35,979 nucleotides of DNA from a virus: positions 1 through 35,979 of IMG/VR virus record IMGVR_UViG_3300023284_000837, one strand, 5' to 3'. Of this stretch, positions 1-7,921 are shown one piece after another (the first letter of the stretch is position 1; each line of letters opens with the position of its first letter). The notes beneath the pieces are model-generated. The model was not told where the DNA came from. It did no database searches and saw only the letters and a list, made by a program, of their open reading frames with translations. The translations under genes were made by a program, and so were the position numbers.

Positions 1-144
1 GGACATTCTGTTCCCGGGGGGCTACAAACTCCATCAACATCTAAGGTTCCGGTAACTTCTTTCTCTCCTTCACAAGATACTGCAATGGTTGATACTGCAA
101 ATACTGCCATTAAAAAATAAAGTACTCTTTTCATAATTAAATAA
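1..144. repeat. Terminal direct repeat, copy 1 (identical to 35836..35979). Most likely the assembly overlap of a circular or terminally redundant genome.
   Basis: Compared by eye, the first 144 nt (ggacattctgttcccgggggg...cataattaaataa) match the last 144 nt with no mismatch. Positions 1..134 duplicate the 5' part of the lipoprotein gene at 35805..35969. Confidence 0.9.
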
Positions 145-202
145 TTAAATTGTTGCCTACTCTATTCAGTTTTCGGCATCCCTGGAAATTTGTTGGTTAT
201 TT

Positions 203-865
203 TCAGTTTTTACCTGGAAAAGCTTGATCTAAAAATTTACGGTCGCGCTTATTGACCTTGTACATTGACAAAACCCGTTCTTTTGTCAATCCGTTGGATT
301 CTTTTTCCTTTACCATCTTAATATAGTTGTTGGTGAACATCTGTAGTTTGGGATCCCACAAATCCAACCAAGGTTTTTTATTATCCGGGATTCCCGTTAC
401 CACGGCGGATTTATCTTGAGGTATTACCGGAGCTTGTGGAGGTATTATCTTTTTCACCATGGGCCGGGGAGTGGCCTGATTTCCCGGAATTGTGCCGTTT
501 CCGTCGTCGTCCTCGGCCTCCATTCCCAAAAGGGCTATCAATGTATAGCGCCGGTAATAGGTGACCGCTCCGCCCATCTTTTGAGGTGGCAGACCCGTCG
601 GCAATATTAAAAAAGATTCCTCGGATTCATGGATTTTGTCGGCATTTAACTCGACGTCCCGGATAATTGTTGTTACCCGGTCGCCCTGCAATGGCTGTAT
701 CAATAATAGCTTATGCCGCCTTAAAAGAGGGTTGAGCATGGCGAGAGTATCGTTTATATCGTAGTATTTGGATTTGTGGAACTCGTTTTCTTTGCCCTTA
801 ACCAAGGCTTTCATTTGGTTGCGTAGCAAAAACAGCTTTTCGATAAATGGTTTTTTAGATGCCAT
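203..865 (-). CDS. erf: ERF-family single-strand annealing recombinase
   Basis: 220 aa. Pattern KxxNxFHKSKYYDINDTL...LNPLL...GGAVTYYRRYTLIALLGMEAEDDDGNG matches the conserved core of the ERF superfamily (P22 Erf-like). It has its own upstream promoter box. Confidence 0.75.
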   Translation of the reverse strand: MASKKPFIEKLFLLRNQMKALVKGKENEFHKSKYYDINDTLAMLNPLLRRHKLLLIQPLQGDRVTTIIRDVELNADKIHESEESFLILPTGLPPQKMGGAVTYYRRYTLIALLGMEAEDDDGNGTIPGNQATPRPMVKKIIPPQAPVIPQDKSAVVTGIPDNKKPWLDLWDPKLQMFTNNYIKMVKEKESNGLTKERVLSMYKVNKRDRKFLDQAFPGKN

Positions 866-888
866 GATTTGATATTGATATAAGTTTG

Positions 889-913
889 AATGTCCAAATA
901 TAAGGACTTTTTA
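889..913 (-). promoter_or_regulatory. Early promoter: Bacteroidota-type -7 box (TATATTTG, plus-strand 895..902) inside an imperfect palindrome
   Basis: The minus strand reads TAAAAAGTCCTTATATTTGGACATT. This 25-mer is identical to 31262..31286. TAnnTTTG lies about 25 nt upstream of the erf ATG, and a TTTG lies about 18 nt further upstream. Confidence 0.55.
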
Positions 914-988
914 TTTAATCCAAAAACAAACGCGGGAATATCTCGAGTATAGAGCTTTTTATATATGGTACCAGGTGGGCAAAATAGA

Positions 989-1015
989 GAAAAGACCCTC
1001 AAAGAGAGCCTTTTC
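989..1015 (-). terminator. Candidate intrinsic terminator downstream of the 1102..1641 gene
   Basis: Hairpin gaaaagaccctc-aaa-gagagccttttc with 10 of 12 positions paired. On the minus strand it is followed by TCTATTTTG. The U-tract is weak. Confidence 0.3.
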
Positions 1016-1101
1016 CCGTACCGTTTTCCGATGGAAAGCGAAAATACAACCGCTACGAATTTAAAAAATATACGCGCGCACTCACTATCTTTTTTCAGTC
1101 A

Positions 1102-1641
1102 TTAGACCCGGCCTTGAGCGAATCTCTTGACGAAAAAGAAATATAATACCGCTAGGATTATAACTATACCCGCGGCATATATTACCCATGGTTTTTTTAT
1201 TTTGACGACATCCGAGTCCGTCGCCGTTGATTTTTGTATGGATTCCCGGATTGATTTTACCAAGGAAATTGAATCTTTTTCATATTTCGACCGATACTGT
1301 TTTTCAAAATGTTGGACGACCGAATCCATTTTGATTTTGATAAACAACTTATTGTTCCGGATTGAAATAGTGGCGGATCCGGCGCCGGTGGACGCATTAA
1401 AATTAAAGTTTCTGATAATACCAAGGGTATCAACATCTATAGGCACCATTATTTCGGTTTCGATCTCGTCTACTATGACCCGGTCCCGGTAGATCATAAC
1501 GGAATCGACCCGGATTTTCTGTTTTAATTGTGTCAAGGAATCGACCCGGGATCTAAGATCGGTAATTTTCGAGGTCGTTGATTTTTTAATGGTGGTACAT
1601 GAGGTTAAAAAAACTAACAGTAATAAAAGAAAGTGTCTCAT
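1102..1641 (-). CDS. Lipoprotein with a C-terminal transmembrane anchor (unimolecular-spanin-like architecture)
   Basis: 179 aa. N-terminus MRHFLLLLLVFLTSC carries the lipobox L-T-S-C. C-terminus WVIYAAGIVIILAVLYFFFV is followed by KRFAQGRV. Confidence 0.55.
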   Translation of the reverse strand: MRHFLLLLLVFLTSCTTIKKSTTSKITDLRSRVDSLTQLKQKIRVDSVMIYRDRVIVDEIETEIMVPIDVDTLGIIRNFNFNASTGAGSATISIRNNKLFIKIKMDSVVQHFEKQYRSKYEKDSISLVKSIRESIQKSTATDSDVVKIKKPWVIYAAGIVIILAVLYFFFVKRFAQGRV

Positions 1642-1729
1642 AGTTGTATTGGATTAAAAAGGGGCGGTATCCTAGTTGTCCGCCCCTTGCTGAAAATGAA
1701 AAAAATACATTGCCCTTCGGGCTCTATTT

Positions 1730-2116
1730 TTACGTTATGTATTCAAAATGGTATCCTGCGGGATTGGCATCTTTGCGGACGACCGACGTCCTGTCTTGCA
1801 TAGGGCCACAATCGGGCACGATTTTAAGGTTTACACAAACATTGGACCAGACTCGGGTAACTATTGCCGGAATAGGCCCGTCGTTGTTATTGGCCTTAGC
1901 GACCTTGTCGTCCGGATTACTTATGAAACGAACGATTTCCCCGACATACGGGAGCCTATCGCCCCAATTATCCGCAAAAGGGGAGTCGAAATCAACGGCC
2001 TTTCCTGATTTATGATCAGCAATAGCATCGAGGCCGAAAATAGCCTCTGGTTTCGAATTAGATTTGTTTTTAGAGGTTTCCCCGTTGTCAGCGGGATCAA
2101 TTTTGTCTTTTTTCAT
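1730..2116 (-). CDS. Hypothetical protein
   Basis: 128-aa ORF that fills the gap between neighbouring genes. No motif I can name with confidence. Confidence 0.5.
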   Translation of the reverse strand: MKKDKIDPADNGETSKNKSNSKPEAIFGLDAIADHKSGKAVDFDSPFADNWGDRLPYVGEIVRFISNPDDKVAKANNNDGPIPAIVTRVWSNVCVNLKIVPDCGPMQDRTSVVRKDANPAGYHFEYIT

Positions 2117-2162
2117 GTGTAAAATTTTAAAGGTTTATAGATTTAATAAAACAAAAGTATAA

Positions 2163-2188
2163 AAAAAGTCCTCGCTAAAGGACTTTTT
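2163..2188. terminator. Bidirectional intrinsic terminator-like hairpin downstream of the endolysin gene
   Basis: aaaaagtcct-cgctaa-aggacttttt forms a perfect 10-bp stem flanked by A and T runs. Its arms contain AAAGTCC...GGACTTT, the same half-sites found at three promoters. Confidence 0.6.
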
Positions 2189-2269
2189 TATCAAACTTCA
2201 TATCAATCACGTGGATCGAGGGCGGTATATCAAGCCGCTCTCTAAGTGAAGATACCGCAAAGATAGTGT

Positions 2270-2734
2270 TTATTTTGGAGGGGCAAAAAGATAGACTTTA
2301 GGATTTTGGGGCTCCCAAATAACGTCAAGATGAAGCCATGAAACCAAATTTTCCAAACGAATCTTAAAAGGAAATAGGTCGGCATTGTCGACTATCCAGG
2401 CCCGGACTTCTTTAGCGGTCATTCCCTCTACATCGAAATCAACGGCCTTTCCCAACAAATGGGCCGATAAGTATAGCCGGTCCTTGTAAAAATAGTTCTT
2501 GATCATCTGTTGAACTATTGTTCTAAGCCCCCTTTGCTGCCTCCTCCCGGAGTTTACGGTAATACGGCGCCCCAAACCCTCGCGGATTATCAAAAGGGCA
2601 TATAACAGTCTGTAATCAAGGAATTTCCAAGCTCGGGCCCCGTGTTTGTTTTTGGTTCGGCGACCGACGAGCTCCCCTATACTAAAATAGTCTGCAATCC
2701 GGAGTCGTACCTCAACTTCTGTTAATATGTTCAT
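2270..2734 (-). CDS. Endolysin, zinc peptidase M15 (VanY / L-Ala-D-Glu peptidase-like)
   Basis: 154 aa. SAHLLGKAVDFDV (H-x6-D) plus WLHLDV fit the M15 zinc-ligand pattern. It is the last gene of the membrane-protein lysis cluster. Confidence 0.7.
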   Translation of the reverse strand: MNILTEVEVRLRIADYFSIGELVGRRTKNKHGARAWKFLDYRLLYALLIIREGLGRRITVNSGRRQQRGLRTIVQQMIKNYFYKDRLYLSAHLLGKAVDFDVEGMTAKEVRAWIVDNADLFPFKIRLENLVSWLHLDVIWEPQNPKVYLFAPPK

Positions 2735-2988
2735 TGCTGTTTGTATTGGAAAATTACGGAATCCAGGTCCTTGGCCCTATATTTTAAATATTGGAGGTTC
2801 TTTTCCGTCATTTCATCAAACGCCTCGGGGACTATTTCGGCACTGTCAAGCACGGAATCAATTGTTTTCGGCACGGAATCCACATGAAATGTCACGCTTT
2901 CAGGTATTAGGTCGTCATTTTCCGGTGGCGGGGACAAAAAAACGGCCCCGATAACAAGAACACAAAGGATATATACGATTGTTTTCAT
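2731..2988 (-). CDS. Small signal-anchor protein in the lysis cassette
   Basis: 85 aa. Hydrophobic N-terminus IVYILCVLVIGAVFL followed by an acidic tail. ATGA overlap with the endolysin start. Confidence 0.5.
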   Translation of the reverse strand: MKTIVYILCVLVIGAVFLSPPPENDDLIPESVTFHVDSVPKTIDSVLDSAEIVPEAFDEMTEKNLQYLKYRAKDLDSVIFQYKQQ

Positions 2989-3351
2989 TTATTGATTTCT
3001 AAGAATTAATACTTCATTGATTTTCTGATACAATTTATCCGTTTGGTCGTAAAATGCCGAATCTTTTTTAACGCGGTCCTTGAGTTCTTGGAGCCGCGAG
3101 TTTTGGCATGATTCCGATTTCGCCTGATAATCAGAAATAGCACTAACATATCGAACAGCATCGGTATTAATAACTCTATGAAGCTCATCGATTTTTATTG
3201 CTTGCACGTCCGAACGGCCCCTCCACTGTGTAATGGTTTGGTAGTGATACCAATTGGAAGAAACCAAGACAATGATTAAAACTAATATAATTTGCCGTTT
3301 TTGGCCCTCATTTCTGAATCTCTCCCAAAAGGCCATTAATTGACTTAACAT
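2989..3351 (-). CDS. Type II membrane protein with a coiled-coil ectodomain (i-spanin-like)
   Basis: 120 aa. N-terminal TMD IILVLIIVLVSS, then a charged helical region. Sits between the holin and the endolysin. Confidence 0.45.
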   Translation of the reverse strand: MLSQLMAFWERFRNEGQKRQIILVLIIVLVSSNWYHYQTITQWRGRSDVQAIKIDELHRVINTDAVRYVSAISDYQAKSESCQNSRLQELKDRVKKDSAFYDQTDKLYQKINEVLILRNQ

Positions 3352-3354
3352 AAA

Positions 3355-3537
3355 TTACGGTTTGGTATGGCTCGCGGTGGCGTCCTTACTGGCTATAAAA
3401 CCCAGACCGACGACGAACATTCCCGCGGCGGACTCAATACTCATCCCTGGATCTGTCCAAACCTTATACCCGGTAAAACCAATCAGCGCTATGCCGATTA
3501 AGGTAGTTGTCCATGATTTTAAAAATGATTGTTTCAT
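3355..3537 (-). CDS. Holin candidate with two TMDs
   Basis: MKQSFLKSWTTTLIGIALIGFTGYKVW...AAGMFVVGLGFIA...KDATASHTKP. I prefer the ATG at 3537; the track ORF starts at 3585 and would overlap the upstream gene by 32 nt. Confidence 0.55.
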   Translation of the reverse strand: MKQSFLKSWTTTLIGIALIGFTGYKVWTDPGMSIESAAGMFVVGLGFIASKDATASHTKP

Positions 3538-3553
3538 GATATTGATATTTAAA

Positions 3554-4306
3554 TTATAAGTGTAACCAATTTCTAACGCCGACATTCAATATTGAAACGG
3601 CTTTATCCGACCTTACTTGAAGCACCAACGGATTGTCGATAAATTCCTGATTGTTTATATCAAACTTCATAAGTGCGATATAGTCGTCGTCCACTACTGC
3701 GGAGGGATAAAAACGCTGACCGTACTGTAGTCCGAATTCGATAGCGTCGCCCTCAGCGAACAATATTCTAAATTGGACGTTAGCGTTCGGGGATAACGTG
3801 GTGACCTTGAGCTCGACCCTAAAGTCCACCAAGTCCCCGATTTTCAACTCGTTTAAATCATATTTTCCCGTTAAAACGTCGAGTATATCCGTTACGCCCT
3901 GGACGGTATTGACGGAAAAAGCGCCAAGGCCATTGTTGGGAATGTTAACGAATGTATCCAAATTCGCCGCTCCGGCGTTTATCTCGATCCTGTTGCCAAT
4001 GGTTGACGTATCCCCATAATCAATTACACCGGCATATGTTCGCGCCCCGCTACCTCCCGGGGCCGGACTAAAATTTGTAACCGCGTTGATTTTCTCGATT
4101 GCGTCGGCTATGCTCGTAGCGGCGACCGTATCAACGACTATTTCCGAGGCCAAAGCTACTTTATAGTCCCATTGCTCCCTAGTAGCCCTATTAGTGAATC
4201 TAATGGTATTATTACCGACATCGGCGGCATAAGATGCCTCACCGGTCGTCTTTCCTTCAAGGCTATAGGTTTTCCCCGCTTCAATTGTAATGAATGTTAA
4301 ACTCAT
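3554..4306 (-). CDS. Virion structural protein, tail or baseplate distal component
   Basis: 250-aa ORF translationally coupled to the hub-like gene upstream. Assigned by position only. Confidence 0.35.
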   Translation of the reverse strand: MSLTFITIEAGKTYSLEGKTTGEASYAADVGNNTIRFTNRATREQWDYKVALASEIVVDTVAATSIADAIEKINAVTNFSPAPGGSGARTYAGVIDYGDTSTIGNRIEINAGAANLDTFVNIPNNGLGAFSVNTVQGVTDILDVLTGKYDLNELKIGDLVDFRVELKVTTLSPNANVQFRILFAEGDAIEFGLQYGQRFYPSAVVDDDYIALMKFDINNQEFIDNPLVLQVRSDKAVSILNVGVRNWLHL

Positions 4307-5322
4307 GATACTTGTGTTTTGATTCCTAAAGTCAATTTTTGTTTGTACCCGCCCGTGACCGTGAATTGCTTTACCACTTTATTGACTCGGTAAAACCCGT
4401 TTTTGTCCGGGACCCGGTCCGAAATGTAGCTCACGGTATCCCCGTGCCTGATAGATGGATACCCAAATGTAAGAATATCTCCGGTCACTCCCGTATAAAA
4501 TAACAAGGGGAGTCGTCTAGTGATTAGATTTTCCAAAGCTTCGCGGCTGAGGTCGGGAACCTTTAAAGTGTTCAAAACCCCTATAGGTCTTATGGTGTTC
4601 ACCGCTATATCATTATTAAGGACGTTGTCCACATAGGTCGCAAACAACTCTAATTTAGTGCCGTCGCGGCGTATGCTGACCCCATGGGAAATAATGGGTA
4701 TATCACTATTTTTTTGAAATTTAAGGTTCCCACCATTTACGGGAATATTTTCCTGTTCGTGCAACCTGTAGACCCTGTCCGTATTATTTTCAACAAGGCT
4801 CGTATTAATATTCAGGACCTTGTTACGAAAAAAGCTCAAGATGCCATACTTTGACCTAAAAAGGTCTAAAACATTGACTAGGGTAGCGTTTTCCGCTATT
4901 CTCATGTCCCCGAGTTCCGCATCCAGAATATTGGTTTCGCCATCGTAAAACCTATCTATAACCTCCTCTATGGTCGTGTTTCGTAGAGTGGTCGCCGGTA
5001 ATGATATCCGTTTTAAAAGGAAACTATCATCTTCGCACTCGATAACGAGAGGGGAATCTCGACCAACAAAATTTATAAAGCCGGTAAATTCTAATAATAG
5101 TCTGGGAAAATATCCGAGAAATATCTCGAGTTTGTCACCAATATTTATTAAATCCGCCGCTCCGGACGGGTCGTTCAGTTTGTTGGGAAACGTAATGGTC
5201 GCCGTGTCGGTATATTCCGCCCGATCCGAATTTATCTCTACGTCGGTGACCAGGGTTATTTTGAATTTTAAAGTATCCGAATCACCCTCGTAAATATTTA
5301 TGCAATTGTGTTTCCTGAACAT
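4303..5322 (-). CDS. Baseplate hub / late control gene D-like tail protein
   Basis: 339 aa, next substantial ORF downstream of the tape measure gene (about 160 nt away). The N-terminal pattern resembles gpD/Mu gp44-type hub proteins. Identification is weak. Confidence 0.4.
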   Translation of the reverse strand: MFRKHNCINIYEGDSDTLKFKITLVTDVEINSDRAEYTDTATITFPNKLNDPSGAADLINIGDKLEIFLGYFPRLLLEFTGFINFVGRDSPLVIECEDDSFLLKRISLPATTLRNTTIEEVIDRFYDGETNILDAELGDMRIAENATLVNVLDLFRSKYGILSFFRNKVLNINTSLVENNTDRVYRLHEQENIPVNGGNLKFQKNSDIPIISHGVSIRRDGTKLELFATYVDNVLNNDIAVNTIRPIGVLNTLKVPDLSREALENLITRRLPLLFYTGVTGDILTFGYPSIRHGDTVSYISDRVPDKNGFYRVNKVVKQFTVTGGYKQKLTLGIKTQVS

Positions 5323-5482
5323 TTTTCACTTTCTGAAGGTTATACAATTTTGTATATGGTGGCCACCATATGTACTATGCATTTTTAACTATATCCTCCG
5401 GAGCATCTATACATTTTTTTCTATGCTCCAGATAAAATCGGGGGAGATATCACCTATACTTTTTTGTATTGACGGGATCTCG

Positions 5483-7012
5483 TCACCTTGCGAGCTCAAC
5501 ATCCGCAATCGCCTCTAATAATGCTTGCTGTACGGCGGTCTTAATCTCCTCCGAGCCCTCATTTATTGAATTGTTCACCTCAACACTGAATTGCCTTATG
5601 AGGTTTTCGATATTGATATTGAATTGCTTAGGAGCGGCGGATCTCACCGTCCCCGGGCCTTCCGTCGTTGGGGTGGTCGTCGTTGGGGTCGTTTCCGTTC
5701 CCAAAACTCCTAGATTAGCCTGTAATTTTGCCTTTTCCTGTTCTTTCCGGAAATCCGCCACACCTTTTTTAAAGCCCTTGGTAAACGATACCCTGAGATT
5801 CTTTATCAACTTGCCGACCCCCGGTATTTTTTCTAACAAAGTAATAAACCTCTTAAATGAGTCCATGGCCAAAGCAATCGGTTTTTGCAAAAAGTCCCCG
5901 ATTTTTTGCCCAATACTTCGAAAAGTCTCGCCTAATTTCCCAAAAATAGGAACCATAAGCACCTTTATAAAACTCCAAATTACCCGCAAAGTATCGAATA
6001 CCCCGGAAATAATTCCCCGGAAAATCTCACTGTTCTTGTAAAGGGAAATAATTCCCGCGATTAAAGCCGCTACGGCAATCACGAGTATCCCTATGGGGTT
6101 AGCCGTCAAAAGAAGGTTTATAATACTCTGTACGACTATCCAGGTCTTTACAACGGCCACTATGGCAACCACTATGGCAATCATTACGGCTATGGTCTGT
6201 ATAAGGGTCTTAAATGGAGCGATATTGTTCTGGATGAATTCTGCCATTCGTTTAATTACCCCGGCAAATACATTTATAATAGGCAACAAGGCGCCGCCAA
6301 TGACCTCTTGTATATCCCCCAATTGATTGGAAAGCTGTTTCAGTCCTCCGGTCCCGGCTTTGGCCGCGGCCTCGGCGCTACCCCCGTATTGTTTCTCCAA
6401 CTCGACCAAAATCAACGTTTGGGCGTCGGCCAGTTTGTTGGTTTCCACTAATTTTTTGATAACTGCCTTTTGCGACTTGGTAAACTGAATCCCGGATCTG
6501 GATAACGCGCTGAGGTTTGCCACCGGATCGTTAAGCGCCTTACCTAATTGTATAGCGGAACTCTTGAGGTCGCCATCGATACGGGTCGCGAGGTTCAATA
6601 CGGCCTTTTGCGTACGATCGAACTGTTTCCCGGCAATATTGGTAAAGGTCAATAGTTGAGCTGTGACATTCTTTAGTATCTCCTCGTCACCAAATATAGT
6701 TTTGTTCTGTAGGGCGCTGGCTTGGGTCGTTAATTGGGCCAAGGTTCGTTTAGCCGCCCCACCGGTGGCGATAATCCCCGCCCTTACTTGAGCGACCGCC
6801 TTTTCCTGGGTATCAAACGCCTTTAATGAGGATCCCACAAATCGAACTATGGCCAAGGCGGCGGCGGTGGCGGCAACAATGGTCCCTACGCTAAGGGATT
6901 TATTGAACTTGCCGACGGACTTGTCCAGTTTTTTGACCTGTTTGTCCGCCTTGGCTATTCCCTTATTAAAGCCCTTTTCCTTAAATTGGATTATGTATTC
7001 GACTATGGTCAT
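5483..7012 (-). CDS. Tail tape measure protein
   Basis: 509 aa. Helical A/K/Q-rich N-terminal half with a TP901-type TMP core pattern (...LQNKTIFGDEEILKNVTAQLLTF...LSALSRSGIQFTKSQK...) and a central hydrophobic block. Confidence 0.85.
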   Translation of the reverse strand: MTIVEYIIQFKEKGFNKGIAKADKQVKKLDKSVGKFNKSLSVGTIVAATAAALAIVRFVGSSLKAFDTQEKAVAQVRAGIIATGGAAKRTLAQLTTQASALQNKTIFGDEEILKNVTAQLLTFTNIAGKQFDRTQKAVLNLATRIDGDLKSSAIQLGKALNDPVANLSALSRSGIQFTKSQKAVIKKLVETNKLADAQTLILVELEKQYGGSAEAAAKAGTGGLKQLSNQLGDIQEVIGGALLPIINVFAGVIKRMAEFIQNNIAPFKTLIQTIAVMIAIVVAIVAVVKTWIVVQSIINLLLTANPIGILVIAVAALIAGIISLYKNSEIFRGIISGVFDTLRVIWSFIKVLMVPIFGKLGETFRSIGQKIGDFLQKPIALAMDSFKRFITLLEKIPGVGKLIKNLRVSFTKGFKKGVADFRKEQEKAKLQANLGVLGTETTPTTTTPTTEGPGTVRSAAPKQFNINIENLIRQFSVEVNNSINEGSEEIKTAVQQALLEAIADVELAR

Positions 7013-7015
7013 TGA

Positions 7016-7905
7016 TCAAAAAGGTAAAAATATCTGTTTTTTTCCATCCGAATTCGCTCGGGCCGCGTCAAACTCAAGGACATATTGAAGCTGTCTATAT
7101 CTGGTCACGAATTCAAAAGGCTCCATATTGTCCAAATCATTTTGGGACATTTTAAAATAAAAGCGGAGAAGTGCCTCGGCCTTTAGATAGGCGTCCGCAA
7201 AATCTCCGCTTGAATCTTGTTCTCCTATAGTGAAGTTAAAACCAGGTGTCTCGCTTAGTTTTTTTTTATCTGGCTTTCAATTATATTGGTTGATCCCAAA
7301 CATGCCATTTTAACGGAAAATAATTGATCTGGGTCTGTCTCAATGCCGGGTTCCATCCAGATTTTGCATTCCCTTAAAATAATTGATCCGGCCTCGTAAA
7401 AATCCGGATCCTTATTAAGACCGCCGATTTTGCTCATGACCTGACCAAGTACCCGTCCGATAGGCTTTCGTATAATACAAACATTGCCTAATCCGGTAAC
7501 GATGGTGTGGGTTTCGGTGTTTTTGGGCAATACTTTTTTAACGCCCTCTATCTCCAATACTCTCCATTTGTGCCATTCGTAGAAAACATCCTTTTCGGGC
7601 TCTGACATTGACTCGTAATCGCCGTTAATAATACGCTCGACTTTTTTATCGAGTGAAAGCTTTTTGTATAACTTAACTTTTTTAATTGCCTCACCATCAA
7701 CCGCTGCGGCCTCTAGTTTAGACAGTTCTAAAATGGTAATAAGCTTTGAAATTTCTGGATTATCAGCACAAACTGATAAAATTACTTCTGCGGTTGCATT
7801 TTTCATAATATGGGATTTATCCAAGTCGGGTCCATCGTTGGCCCGGACGGGGATAAAATTAATGGAAAAAAACAATACCAGTAAAAAAAAGATTCTTGAT
7901 CTCAT
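7016..7905 (-). CDS. Predicted -1 frameshift fusion product of the tail assembly chaperone (G-T / E-E' type)
   Basis: The 0 frame ends ...cag ata aaa aaa aac taa. The -1 frame is open from the A9 run for 80 codons and stops at 7016..7018, 3 nt before the tape measure ATG. Confidence 0.55.
7255..7905 (-). CDS. Tail assembly chaperone candidate (0-frame product)
   Basis: 216-aa ORF between the tube-like gene and the tape measure gene. Assigned by position plus the frameshift signal. Its N-terminus MRSRIFFLLVLFFSINFIPVRA looks like a signal peptide, which is unexpected here. Confidence 0.5.
   Translation of the reverse strand: MRSRIFFLLVLFFSINFIPVRANDGPDLDKSHIMKNATAEVILSVCADNPEISKLITILELSKLEAAAVDGEAIKKVKLYKKLSLDKKVERIINGDYESMSEPEKDVFYEWHKWRVLEIEGVKKVLPKNTETHTIVTGLGNVCIIRKPIGRVLGQVMSKIGGLNKDPDFYEAGSIILRECKIWMEPGIETDPDQLFSVKMACLGSTNIIESQIKKN
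7259..7267 (-). promoter_or_regulatory. Slippery A9 run (contains A_AAA_AAA) for candidate -1 programmed ribosomal frameshifting
   Basis: Nine consecutive T on the plus strand, A9 on the coding strand, ending one codon before the 0-frame stop. Confidence 0.5.
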
Positions 7906-7921
7906 AATTAAAATTTAAATG

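Noticed and set aside
811-1002. Minus-strand 63-aa ORF spanning the erf start and its upstream region.
   Set aside because: It overlaps the erf start and runs through the promoter box and part of the terminator-like hairpin, and its composition looks non-coding. It is most likely spurious.
2165-2186. The terminator hairpin as a fourth promoter.
   Set aside because: Its spacer (tcgctaaa) has no TAnnTTTG box. It is kept only as a possible operator-like copy of the palindrome and is discussed under the promoter finding.
7036-7042. Second slippery run (gga aaa aaa cag, A7) near the end of the chaperone extension. A -1 slip here would read into the tape measure start region.
   Set aside because: The alternative frame terminates after about 20 codons and produces nothing recognisable. 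The A9 run at 7259..7267 explains the gene layout by itself.
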